The position numbers were made by a program, and so were the translations under genes. This document shows positions 55,620 to 64,000 of a DNA stretch of 64,000 bases, in pieces. The notes under the pieces were generated by a model that worked only from the letters and a program-made list of their open reading frames with translations, did no database searches and had not been told where the DNA came from. Within the stretch, counting starts at the first letter, position 1. The number at the start of each line of letters is the position of its first letter. Source of the DNA: Treponemataceae bacterium (lineage in GTDB: Bacteria; Spirochaetota; Spirochaetia; Treponematales; Rectinemataceae); contig CAXXVZ010000004.1 in assembly GCA_963678065.2 (NCBI GenBank), forward strand, positions 672,001 to 736,000, written 5' to 3'.

Positions 55620-56294
55620 TCAGAGATAATTCCGGTAGTCCGAGACGAGGAGCCTGTACAGGGCTTCGTCCTCTTCTATATCGGGAAAACGCCCGACGGA
55701 CTCAAAGAATCTGTTATCGGAATTGTCGTCATTCACCGCGCTCACCTCGCCGACAAGGATCCTTCCCGCCCCTTTCTCGCCGAAGAAGCGGTGGTAGAGG
55801 CCGGGGGCGAGGCAGATGCTCTCACCGGGCGAGAGAACAACCTGCCCCCCCGCCTCCACGCGGCGGGTGATGCCGTCGACCCGGACCTGGACAGCTTCCG
55901 GGGACAGGCCTTCATCGCTCGTCGATCCGAAGAGCTGGAGAACGAGGTTTCCGCCGCCGCGGTTTATTATGTCTTCCATCTTGGACCAGTGGAAATGAAG
56001 GGGCGTCTCCTGCTCCTCGCCGACGATCATGATTTTTTCGGCGTAGGGTTTCGCGTCGCGCCGGGCGGCTCCGTTGCGCATAGTGAACAGAAAAAGTCCG
56101 CGCCGCGCGAAGTCGCCCGAGCCGAAATCCGTCAGGTCCCAGCCGAGCATATTCCCGACTATCTCGGCATCGCTCTCGCCGCGAGCGCGCCAGTCGTCCG
56201 GATTCCTCGCCGCCCAGGGCGGCAGCCGGAAATTCATCGCGGCGAAAAACACCTCGGCGTCCCGAATGCGCGCGTTTATCTCGCTCCGTTTCAT
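55620..56294 (-). CDS. D-lyxose/D-mannose isomerase family cupin
   Basis: MKRSEIN, LGWDLTDFG, LFTMRNG, YAEK, TPLHFHWSKMEDIINRGGG and GEVSAVNDD..DN.F motifs. Confidence 0.92.
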   Translation of the reverse strand: MKRSEINARIRDAEVFFAAMNFRLPPWAARNPDDWRARGESDAEIVGNMLGWDLTDFGSGDFARRGLFLFTMRNGAARRDAKPYAEKIMIVGEEQETPLHFHWSKMEDIINRGGGNLVLQLFGSTSDEGLSPEAVQVRVDGITRRVEAGGQVVLSPGESICLAPGLYHRFFGEKGAGRILVGEVSAVNDDNSDNRFFESVGRFPDIEEDEALYRLLVSDYRNYL

Positions 56295-56305
56295 GCCCAC
56301 TCCTG

Positions 56306-57355
56306 TCAGGAAAAATCCCCGCGCCACTCGCGCAGGGCATTCACCATCGCGAGGTAACCTTCCACAGGCACATAGTCGGGGATCGAGTTTCCCGAACCGA
56401 AGGCGAATCCGCCATGACCGACCGACTTACCGACGACATCGCGGACATACTCCCTGATCGTCTCCGGATCGTTGCGGCAGATGAAGTCCGTGTCGGCCCC
56501 GCCGAAGTTCCCTATCCTCTCGCCGTAGCGCTCCACCCAGACAGGGAAGGGCGCGATCTGGTCCTCGTTGGAGTGCTTCGCGTCGATGCCCGCCGCGACC
56601 AGATCGTCCATCACGTCGAAGATCATGCCGCAGGAGTGCAGGAGAAAGGGTTTTCCGTACGAGTGGATGAGGTCGATGATGGGCCTGTAGGCCGGGATGA
56701 CGAGCCTGCGGATGTCCCCGGCCGAGATGAGTGTGTTGCTCTTGAATCCGAGGTCGTCGCCGAAGCGGAGGACGCAGTAGATGTCCCCGAACTCCGCCAT
56801 GAAGCGCTTCCAGATCGCGAGATTGACCGCACCCACGGCGGCGAAAAGTTTGGCGTACAACTCAGGATCGTCGGCGGCGATGTAGCAGAGCTCGGTGTAG
56901 CCGGTGATGTCCTGCACGCACTCGAAGATGCCGTTGCCCGGCCCTCCGATGGCTTTCATGCCCGCGGGCATGACCTCGCCGAGGGCCCTGAAGTCCTCCG
57001 AATAGGCGGAGAAGAAGAGATCGGGTATCTCCGCCCAGGGATAGGACTCGAAGCTCGCGCGGTCCACGATGACACCCGGCACGTGCCTGCCGAGAGCGCC
57101 CGAGCCCGGCATGACGGCGCCGATACACTGCTCGAAACTCACCGTGTCGTAGCCCATCGTCGCGAAGAAGCGGCAGTACTGTCTGAAGTATTCCTTCTTG
57201 TCCGCGAAGTTCCCGCCCGCGAGTCCGGCGAAGCGCGTGCCGAGGATGGTCTCCATGATTTCGGGGCAGATTATGTGCTCGTAGAGCGGAAGCCTTTGCG
57301 CCTCCACATTGCGCGCGGCATTTTCGATACAGGTATAATCGGGTTGGAAATTCAC
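56306..57355 (-). CDS. UroD/MtaA-superfamily protein
   Basis: GNGIFE, DDPEL, GDDLGFK...IS, FLLHSCG, FGG.D and GGFAFGSGNSIP motifs; GTG start after AGGAG. Confidence 0.85.
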   Translation of the reverse strand: MNFQPDYTCIENAARNVEAQRLPLYEHIICPEIMETILGTRFAGLAGGNFADKKEYFRQYCRFFATMGYDTVSFEQCIGAVMPGSGALGRHVPGVIVDRASFESYPWAEIPDLFFSAYSEDFRALGEVMPAGMKAIGGPGNGIFECVQDITGYTELCYIAADDPELYAKLFAAVGAVNLAIWKRFMAEFGDIYCVLRFGDDLGFKSNTLISAGDIRRLVIPAYRPIIDLIHSYGKPFLLHSCGMIFDVMDDLVAAGIDAKHSNEDQIAPFPVWVERYGERIGNFGGADTDFICRNDPETIREYVRDVVGKSVGHGGFAFGSGNSIPDYVPVEGYLAMVNALREWRGDFS

Positions 57356-57381
57356 GGCATCCTCTCCTTGCGCGGAATGTT

Positions 57382-58410
57382 TCAATCCATGTCGAAGCGG
57401 CAGGAGCCCCTGTCGACGAAGGGCATTTTCGTCTTCAGCACCTGGACAGAGCCCGAGGGCGACTGGAGCCGCGATTCGAGGAGGTTCCAGGCCATCGAGA
57501 CCATGAGGCGCTGGTCGATCTGCATGGTGCTGATCTTCGGTATGAAGGGAACCCTGTAGTCGAGGACGTCGCCGCCCGTCGCGATGAGGGATACATCCTT
57601 CGGAACCTGCCTGCCCGAACGCTTCAGCGCCTCGAGGAGATAGGCGGCGAAGTAGTCGTCGTGCACGGAGAAGGCTGTGGGGGGCAGGGGGCTGCGGTAT
57701 ATCTCCTCGACCCGTTTCACCAGGGCTTCGAAGTCCGGAAGACTCACTGAAATCCTGTTGTCCTCCATATATTCCAGTCCGCTCTCCTCGAGAGCCTTCC
57801 AGTAGCCGAAAAAGCGGTCATTGATGAGGGTCGGGTAGTTGGGTCTGAAATAGTCGGCGTAGCCGATGATTCTGTGTCCCAGCCCGACAAGATACTTGGT
57901 CGCCTCGTAGGCTCCCTGGACTTCGTCGGACAGAACCGAATAGAACTGCGTCTGATACTCGTTGTTGTTGATGATGATGACCGGAATGCCCGAATCCTCG
58001 AGATCCTGGAACAGTTCGGGATCGGCGTAGTGGATGGCGAAGACAGCCCCGACCCTGGCGCCGGTGATTTCCTTGAAGATGGTCTTCGCGGTCGCCGTGG
58101 CGGGAATATGGAGGATGATCGGGTAATACCCCATCTGGATGACCTGTTCCTCGAGGTATGTGGCGAAGGGTTGGGAGAAGTTCCACAGATAGGGAAAATC
58201 CTCGCGCTGGAGGATGCTGACATACTTGAAGCGCCTCGATCCCGGGGCCGACTCCTGGGCTTTCCGGCTGTATCCCATCTCTTCGGCCAGGACGCGCACG
58301 CGCCCCGCGACGGCGGGAGAAATCTTGCCCTTTCCCGAGAGGATCATGGAAACCGCGGCCACGGAAATTCCCGCGGCTTCGGCGAGGTCCTTCAGGGTCG
58401 TCTTTTTCAT
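57382..58410 (-). CDS. LacI-family transcriptional regulator
   Basis: TLKDLAEAAGISVAAVSMIL HTH; YLVGLGHRIIG, DRFFGY, VPKDVSLI and DRGS motifs. Confidence 0.92.
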   Translation of the reverse strand: MKKTTLKDLAEAAGISVAAVSMILSGKGKISPAVAGRVRVLAEEMGYSRKAQESAPGSRRFKYVSILQREDFPYLWNFSQPFATYLEEQVIQMGYYPIILHIPATATAKTIFKEITGARVGAVFAIHYADPELFQDLEDSGIPVIIINNNEYQTQFYSVLSDEVQGAYEATKYLVGLGHRIIGYADYFRPNYPTLINDRFFGYWKALEESGLEYMEDNRISVSLPDFEALVKRVEEIYRSPLPPTAFSVHDDYFAAYLLEALKRSGRQVPKDVSLIATGGDVLDYRVPFIPKISTMQIDQRLMVSMAWNLLESRLQSPSGSVQVLKTKMPFVDRGSCRFDMD

Positions 58411-58467
58411 GCAGGGCATTATACATGATTTCGAAAATATGTGGAGACTTAATTTGGTTAAATTTTG

Positions 58468-58537
58468 TGATTTAACTTAATTAAATCAAAATATTTTAAA
58501 TTAAGTTTCTTGACGGATCGGGACCCCGTGCTAGAAT
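58468..58537 (+). promoter_or_regulatory. Divergent promoter region with a palindrome and a sigma70-like promoter
   Basis: TGATTTAA-CTTAA-TTAAATCA palindrome at 58468-58488; TTGACG (58510)-16 nt-TAGAAT (58532) with a TG extension. Confidence 0.55.
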
Positions 58538-58571
58538 CATCTTAGAATCTGAAAGCCAGGCGGAGAAACCA

Positions 58572-59633
58572 GTGACATCAAAAGAACGATTCTTGACCGC
58601 GATCGAGGGAGGCCTGCCCGACCGCGTTCCCCTGTTCGACTTCCTCTTCCAGGAACCGCTCTACGAAAAGCTCATCGGCCACAGACCCGGAAGCTACAAC
58701 GGCATGGATGCCCTCGAGCTCGCGAAAAAGCTCAGGATGGACGGCATCTGGGTTCCCTTGGCCGGATTCCAGGGTTATTCGCCCGAATGGATCGACGAAA
58801 AGACGTACCGGGACGAGTGGGGAACCGTCTTCGTGCGCTCGGAGGTTTCCTGGCCCATCGATTCGCCGATCCGCAACCCGATCACCTGCAGGGAAGATTT
58901 CGAAGCATATACCTGTCCCGATCCGGAGCTTCCGGGGCGCGATCTCGAACTCAGGCAGACTATCAGGAACAACGAAGAATCGCAGCTCGCCATCACCTGC
59001 GGAGTCCAGGGTCCGCTCACGACGGCCTGGCTCCTCATGGGCTTCGAGAACATCAGCTTCGCCCTCTACGACGACCCCGAACTCCTCGAGTCGGTCTTCG
59101 CCATGTCCAACGACTTCTTCAAGAAGGCCGCGAAAATCGCGGTGGAATGCGGCATCGACGGCATCTGGATCAGCGAGGACCTCGGGGATTCCAAATCGGT
59201 TTTCTTCCGCAAAGACCTCTATATCAAGCACTTCTATCCGTATTTCAAGGACCTCGTGGACTACGTCGACTCGCTCGGCGTGCCCGCCCTCCTCCACTCC
59301 TGCGGCAACATATACGACTATCTCGATCTCATCGCGGACACGAAAATCAAGTCGATCCATCCTCTCCAGCGCACGGCCGGCATGGACCTGAAGCGCGTCA
59401 AGAGGGAATACGGCAAGCGATTCTGCATAATCGGCAACATAGACTCCTCGGGGACCCTCCCCTACGGCAGCCCCGAGGATGTGCGCGCTGAAGTCCGGCA
59501 GGCTATCGCCGACGCAGGCGCAGGCGGCGGCTACATCCTCGCCTCCGATCACTCGCTGCACGACGGAATCCCGATAGAGAACATCACGGCCATGTTCGAC
59601 GAGGGTCTGAAGGCGGGGACGGGAATTTATTGA
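58572..59633 (+). CDS. UroD/MtaA-superfamily protein
   Basis: MTSKERF..AI.GG.PDRVP, DEWG, LMGFEN....LYDDPE, EDLG, LLHSCG, HPLQ, GNID and GGGYILASDHS motifs. Confidence 0.88.
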   Translation: MTSKERFLTAIEGGLPDRVPLFDFLFQEPLYEKLIGHRPGSYNGMDALELAKKLRMDGIWVPLAGFQGYSPEWIDEKTYRDEWGTVFVRSEVSWPIDSPIRNPITCREDFEAYTCPDPELPGRDLELRQTIRNNEESQLAITCGVQGPLTTAWLLMGFENISFALYDDPELLESVFAMSNDFFKKAAKIAVECGIDGIWISEDLGDSKSVFFRKDLYIKHFYPYFKDLVDYVDSLGVPALLHSCGNIYDYLDLIADTKIKSIHPLQRTAGMDLKRVKREYGKRFCIIGNIDSSGTLPYGSPEDVRAEVRQAIADAGAGGGYILASDHSLHDGIPIENITAMFDEGLKAGTGIY

Positions 59634-59690
59634 GGCACTACCCGCCGCTCGCGCGGCGGAAAAAGGAATCGCGTTTTACAGGAGGCTCAG

Positions 59691-60674
59691 ATGAAAAAGG
59701 TTCTCGTGACAATGGTGGCGGTGGCTATGATGTTCGCCGTCGGCGCAGGCGCTTTCGCCCAGGCCAAGCCCAAAGTGGCAGGAGTCGTGTTTCAGGAAGA
59801 CCAGTTCATGAAGCTTCTCCAGCTCGGCTACAAAGACACGGCGGTCAAGGCCGGATTCGATTTCTATCCCGGCAACACCAACGGCGACGCGGCCAAGGAA
59901 GCTGAATTTCTCAACACCTACGTGACCCAAGGGTACAAAGGCGTGGCCATCTCCCCGATCAGCGAAGGCGCGTCCATGAAGGTCATCGCCGACGCCGCGA
60001 AGAAAGGGCTCGCGGTCGGCATCTCCAACTTCACCCTGACGAGCGCCCCCTACATCTCCGGCGCCTTCACCTCCGACAACTACGACCTCGGCAAGACCTG
60101 CGGACAGGCCGCCGCGACCTACATCAAGGAGAAGATGGGCGGAAAGGCCAAGGTCGCCATCCTCCAGTTCAAGTCCCTCCTGCCCGAGCAGTCCTCGGCC
60201 CGCGTGAACGGCTTCCTCGATCAGATCAAGGCCCTCCCCGGCGTCGAAGTCATCGCCGACCAGGACGCCTGGCTCCAGGACAAGGCCATCACGGTCGCCG
60301 GCGACATCATCACCGCCAAGGGTGGCAGCCTCAACCTGATCTTCTCCGCCAACGAGGGCGGCACCATCGGCGCGACCATGGCTGTCAAGAACGCGGGAAA
60401 AGCAGGCAAGATCTCCGTGTTCGGATTCGACGGCAGCGAGCAGATGGTCCAGCTCCTCAAAGATCCCGCCAACATCCTCCAGGCCGCGATCGCCCAGGAC
60501 CCCTACGGCATCGGCGTGAAGACCATGGAAAGCCTCATCAAGGCGATCAAGGGTGAGGATATCAGTGCGACGAAGGGAAAAACCCAGATCGTCCCGGGAA
60601 TCCTCCTCGCCCGCGCCAACGTGGCCGGACTCGATGCCTTCCTCGCCGACCTGAAATCCAAGTCGGGAAAATAA
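59691..60674 (+). CDS. Monosaccharide ABC substrate-binding protein (RbsB-like)
   Basis: Signal peptide AFAQA; SDNY..G, R..GF, IFSANE, FGFDG and AIAQDP motifs; RBS AGGAGG. Confidence 0.9.
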   Translation: MKKVLVTMVAVAMMFAVGAGAFAQAKPKVAGVVFQEDQFMKLLQLGYKDTAVKAGFDFYPGNTNGDAAKEAEFLNTYVTQGYKGVAISPISEGASMKVIADAAKKGLAVGISNFTLTSAPYISGAFTSDNYDLGKTCGQAAATYIKEKMGGKAKVAILQFKSLLPEQSSARVNGFLDQIKALPGVEVIADQDAWLQDKAITVAGDIITAKGGSLNLIFSANEGGTIGATMAVKNAGKAGKISVFGFDGSEQMVQLLKDPANILQAAIAQDPYGIGVKTMESLIKAIKGEDISATKGKTQIVPGILLARANVAGLDAFLADLKSKSGK

Positions 60675-60705
60675 GCACACGACTTCCCGAATCGCAGTAT
60701 ACTGA

Positions 60706-60748
60706 AGGGGTTTCGCGGCTGCCGGTTCCGCCGGCCCGCGGAACCCCT
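60706..60748 (+). other. Stem-loop between the binding-protein and ATPase genes
   Basis: AGGGGTTTCGCGG-CT-GCCGG...CCGGC-CCGCGGAACCCCT inverted repeat. Confidence 0.55.
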
Positions 60749-60785
60749 GATTTCGATCCTGTCATTCACGTGCAAAGAGGATTCA

Positions 60786-62273
60786 ATGAGCGTTCTGAAT
60801 GTCCGGAACATCACCAAGGTCTTTCCCGGCACCAGGGCCCTGGACGATGTCTCGCTCTCCTTCGAAAGCGGCAAAGTCAACGCGCTGATCGGCAAAAACG
60901 GTTCCGGAAAATCCACCCTCGTCAAGATCATAAACGGGGCTTACAAGCCTGAAGGCGGGACTCTCGACATCGACGGGGTGGCGCTGAAATTCGAAAATCC
61001 TTCGGATGCCTTCGGCGCGGGTATAGCGACGGTCTATCAGGAAATGAGCCTGATACCGGGGCTTTCCGTCGCCGAAAACATACTGATCGGACGATATGAG
61101 ACAAAGGGAGCCTTCGTCGACTGGAAAAAAACCTACGCGAAGGCCCAGGCGCTTCTCGACGAGATGGGCATCGAGCTGCCCTTGCGGGAGCCTGTCGTCA
61201 ACCTGAATGTCTGGCAGTGTCAGGTCGTCGAAATCGTGAAGGCCATGAGCTGCCGCCCCAAGGTCATCCTCCTCGACGAGCCGACCTCGGCCCTCGCCCA
61301 GCAGGAGACGCAGATCCTGTTCAGACTCATCCGCGAGCTGAAGAAAAAAGACGTCATCATCATCTATATAACCCACAGGCTCCAGGAACTGTGGGAGATC
61401 GCGGACACGAGCACGGTTCTGCGCGACGGGAGACTGACCGGCACGATCGGGATGGAAGGCGCCCAGCACCGCGACATTCTCAAGCTCATGTTCGGAGATG
61501 TCGAGGTGAAGAAAAGACCCTCCGACCTCGCCATCTCCGGCGAAACCATCCTTGACATCACGAACTTCACGAGAAAACCCTGGTTCGAGGATATCTCCTT
61601 CACCCTGAAAAAGGGCGAGATACTCGGCATCGCCGGCATGCTCGGTTCCGGAAGGACGGAGCTTCTGCGCGCGATTTTCGGCGCCGACAGGGCCGATTCC
61701 GGCGACATCGTCCTCGACGGGAAAAAAATCGATGCCCCGAATCCGCGGCTCATGAACCGCGCGGGCCTCGCCTTCACGCCCGAGGACAGGAAGACCCAAG
61801 GCCTCGTCCAGATCCTCTCGATCAGGGACAACCTCTGTCACGCCTGCCTCGATCAGGTTTCCCCGGGCGGCTTCGTCAAGAGAAGACTCGAGAATGAATT
61901 CGCCGACAGGCAGGTCGGGGCTCTCGAGATCAAGACGACGGGAACGAGCCTTCCCATGACGAGCCTCTCGGGCGGCAACCAGCAGAAGGTCGTCGTCGGG
62001 AAGTGGCTCAACGCCTGCCCAAAAGTGATTTTCCTGGACGAGCCCTCGCGGGGAATCGACGTGAACGCCAAGCAGCAGATATTCCAGATCATCTGGGACC
62101 AGTCGCGCTGCGGGATTTCTTCGGTCGTCGTTTCCTCCGAGCTGGAAGAATTGCTGGAGGTCTGTCACAGGATCATCATCATGCGGCTCGGCCGCTTCGT
62201 CGGAGAGGTCAGTCCCGACGATATCACCATTGAACAACTCTATTCGCTGTGCATGGGAGGCGGCAAACAATGA
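60786..62273 (+). CDS. Monosaccharide ABC ATP-binding protein with two ATPase domains (RbsA-like)
   Basis: GKNGSGKST, LDEPTSAL, PEDRK, LSGGNQQKV and LDEPSRGIDV motifs. Confidence 0.94.
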   Translation: MSVLNVRNITKVFPGTRALDDVSLSFESGKVNALIGKNGSGKSTLVKIINGAYKPEGGTLDIDGVALKFENPSDAFGAGIATVYQEMSLIPGLSVAENILIGRYETKGAFVDWKKTYAKAQALLDEMGIELPLREPVVNLNVWQCQVVEIVKAMSCRPKVILLDEPTSALAQQETQILFRLIRELKKKDVIIIYITHRLQELWEIADTSTVLRDGRLTGTIGMEGAQHRDILKLMFGDVEVKKRPSDLAISGETILDITNFTRKPWFEDISFTLKKGEILGIAGMLGSGRTELLRAIFGADRADSGDIVLDGKKIDAPNPRLMNRAGLAFTPEDRKTQGLVQILSIRDNLCHACLDQVSPGGFVKRRLENEFADRQVGALEIKTTGTSLPMTSLSGGNQQKVVVGKWLNACPKVIFLDEPSRGIDVNAKQQIFQIIWDQSRCGISSVVVSSELEELLEVCHRIIIMRLGRFVGEVSPDDITIEQLYSLCMGGGKQ

Positions 62274-63277
62274 AATCCGCAACACGGAACGGCTTCGATC
62301 TGTCGCGATTTTACAAAAAATACATGATGGAGCTCATTCTCTCCGTCATAACCCTCGTTCTCGTGGCCTTTGCGCCCGGCTTTTTCACGCTGCCCAACAT
62401 CCTCAACATTTTCCGCAACGTGGCGCTCGCGGGCGTGATCTCCTTCGGCATGACGATGACGATCATAGGCGGAGAGATCGACCTCTCTGTCGGTTCCTCA
62501 ATAGCCCTCTCGGCCGTACTCACCGCGACTGTCACGGGAGCGCTCGACAAGGCCGGAATACTGCCGATGAGTTCGGCCGTCATTGTCGCCATGGTTTGCG
62601 CCCTTCTCGTCGGCCTCCTGATAGGGCTCATCAACGGCTTCATCCGCACTAAGTTCAACATCCCCTCGTTCATCATCACGCTCGCCATGCTCAATGTGAT
62701 CTACGGCACGGCGGCCCTGATATCCAAGGGATTCCCCGTCACCACCCTCCCGGACTGGTACAACTGGATCGGCGCGGGAAGGTTATTCGGAATCTTCCCG
62801 GTGCCGGCGCTCTGGCTCCTCATAGCCTTCGTCGTCGTCTTCGTCATCATGAATCTGACGCGCTTCGGCCGCGAGGTCTACGCGGTCGGCGGCAATCCTG
62901 AATCGGCCCGCCTCTCCGGCATCAACGTGACCAAGGTCAAAATCATCATCCTCGTCGCCGTGCAGATACTCGCCGCCTTCTCCGGCATCATCCTCTCCGC
63001 GCAGGTCATGTCGGGCTCCTCGACCTTCGGCCGCGGCTACGAGATGGACGTCATCTCAGCCGTCATAATCGGCGGCGCGAGCCTCAATGGCGGCATCGGA
63101 AAAGTCTGGGGCACGATGATCGGCATAATCTTCCTCGGCGTGATCAACAACGGCATGACCCTGTTCGGCGTGGGCGACTTCGAAAAATACATCGTGCGCG
63201 GGCTCCTCATCCTCTTCGCCGTCCTTTTGAACACGATCCAGATTCAGAGCCTCCAGAAGGCCAAGATGACGAAATAG
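62270..63277 (+). CDS. Monosaccharide ABC permease (RbsC-like)
   Basis: GGEIDLSVGS, IPSFIITL, FGREVYAVGGN.ESARLSGI and YEMDVISAVIIGG motifs; ATGA overlap with the ATPase. Confidence 0.94.
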   Translation: MKSATRNGFDLSRFYKKYMMELILSVITLVLVAFAPGFFTLPNILNIFRNVALAGVISFGMTMTIIGGEIDLSVGSSIALSAVLTATVTGALDKAGILPMSSAVIVAMVCALLVGLLIGLINGFIRTKFNIPSFIITLAMLNVIYGTAALISKGFPVTTLPDWYNWIGAGRLFGIFPVPALWLLIAFVVVFVIMNLTRFGREVYAVGGNPESARLSGINVTKVKIIILVAVQILAAFSGIILSAQVMSGSSTFGRGYEMDVISAVIIGGASLNGGIGKVWGTMIGIIFLGVINNGMTLFGVGDFEKYIVRGLLILFAVLLNTIQIQSLQKAKMTK

Positions 63278-63303
63278 CGCTTTCGGGGCGCGTGGAGGAA
63301 GAC

Positions 63304-64000
63304 ATGATGACGAGCCGCGAGAAAGTCAGATCGACGCTGGAATTCCGGAACACCTCGGGCAGCGTGCCGCGGCACATGTGGACCCTGCCCTGGGCGGAAA
63401 CGCGCTACCCCGCCGAGTTGGCCGACATCAGGCGCGATTTCCCCGACGATATCGTCCAGGTTCCGGAATCGCACACGCGTTATGCGATACCGCCCCGGAA
63501 ACAGGGAGACTGGTACGCCGAAGGGCGGTATGTCGACGAGTGGAGCTGCGTCTTCGAGAACATCCAACCAGGTCTCATAGGGGAGGTGAAGATCCCTCTC
63601 ATTCCCGCGGAAGACGAGGACTGGAACGCGGCCTCGCGGGTGCACATCCCCGTCGAATTGTTGAGCCTGGACAAAAAACTCGTGAACGAATACTGCGGGC
63701 ACAGCGAGCGCTTCGTTCTCGCGGGGGAGCTCGCGCGGCCATTCGAGCGCATGCAGTTCATACGAGGCACGGAAAACCTCCTGGTCGACATCGCCCTCGG
63801 GAACGCGGCCATGTACGCCTTCATGGAAGAGGTCCACGATTTCTTCAAGAGGCTCCTCACGGTCTGGGCGGAAACCGATGTCGACGGGCTCTTCTTCATG
63901 GACGACTGGGGCAGCCAGAGAAGCCTCCTCATCGATCCAGCCCTCTGGGTCAGGCTCGTCAAGCCGATGTACCGCGATTACGCCGATATAGCCCACAGCC
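63304..64000 (+). CDS. UroD/MtaA-superfamily protein, 5' part; runs off the window
   Basis: Manual translation: MMTSREKVRSTLEFRN..VPRHMWTLPWA...YVDEWSCVF...GEVK.P...PFERMQFIRGTENLLVD...DVDGLFFMDDWGSQRSLLIDPALW; RBS GGAGG. Confidence 0.85.
   Translation, partial: MMTSREKVRSTLEFRNTSGSVPRHMWTLPWAETRYPAELADIRRDFPDDIVQVPESHTRYAIPPRKQGDWYAEGRYVDEWSCVFENIQPGLIGEVKIPLIPAEDEDWNAASRVHIPVELLSLDKKLVNEYCGHSERFVLAGELARPFERMQFIRGTENLLVDIALGNAAMYAFMEEVHDFFKRLLTVWAETDVDGLFFMDDWGSQRSLLIDPALWVRLVKPMYRDYADIAHS

Noticed and set aside
1..64000. Many long antisense and alternate-frame ORFs (for example 10558-11910 minus, 60783-62285 minus, 22847-24049 plus)
   Set aside because: They lie opposite or within well-supported genes, lack recognisable motifs, and are expected in high-GC DNA.

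Overview
Gene-dense, GC-rich bacterial chromosome segment devoted almost entirely to carbohydrate catabolism. The solute-binding proteins carry cleavable, non-lipoprotein signal peptides, which suggests a diderm host, possibly a free-living spirochaete (inference only). (1) 1-34.3 kb: end of a Dpp/Opp-type ABC operon, then a pectin/hexuronate utilisation region. It holds kduD, kduI, kdgF, kdgK, eda, uxaBAC, a TRAP system, a YesMN-like two-component system with its own DctP, an IclR/KdgR regulator, a cytoplasmic hybrid kinase-AraC regulator, GH28, GH105 and an LplABC-type importer. Two convergent ArsB/NhaD/SLC13-superfamily permeases interrupt it, and one sits behind a clear yybP-ykoY (Mn2+) riboswitch with an overlapping terminator. 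(2) 34.5-37.2 kb: an AT-rich membrane-protein gene, msrA and ltaE. (3) 37.2-51.7 kb: a lower-GC, integrase-free catabolic island encoding a UroD-like protein, GarR, an atypical transaldolase, a HemL-like aminotransferase, GntR, an epimerase, an Opp ABC system, and MlrC/M81 and VanX-like peptidases. It is bounded on the right by a decayed second copy of the msrA 3' end plus ltaE. (4) 52-64 kb: a LacI-associated sugar cluster with three UroD/MtaA-superfamily proteins, an Rbs-type ABC transporter, a lyxose/mannose isomerase, a PfkB kinase, an MtlD-like dehydrogenase and a DMT exporter. No rRNA, tRNA, CRISPR array, transposase or integrase was recognised. The most promising leads are a possible new Mn2+-responsive transporter class, a possible transaldolase/tartronate-semialdehyde route for an amino-sugar acid, and corrinoid-independent UroD-like enzymes in sugar catabolism.
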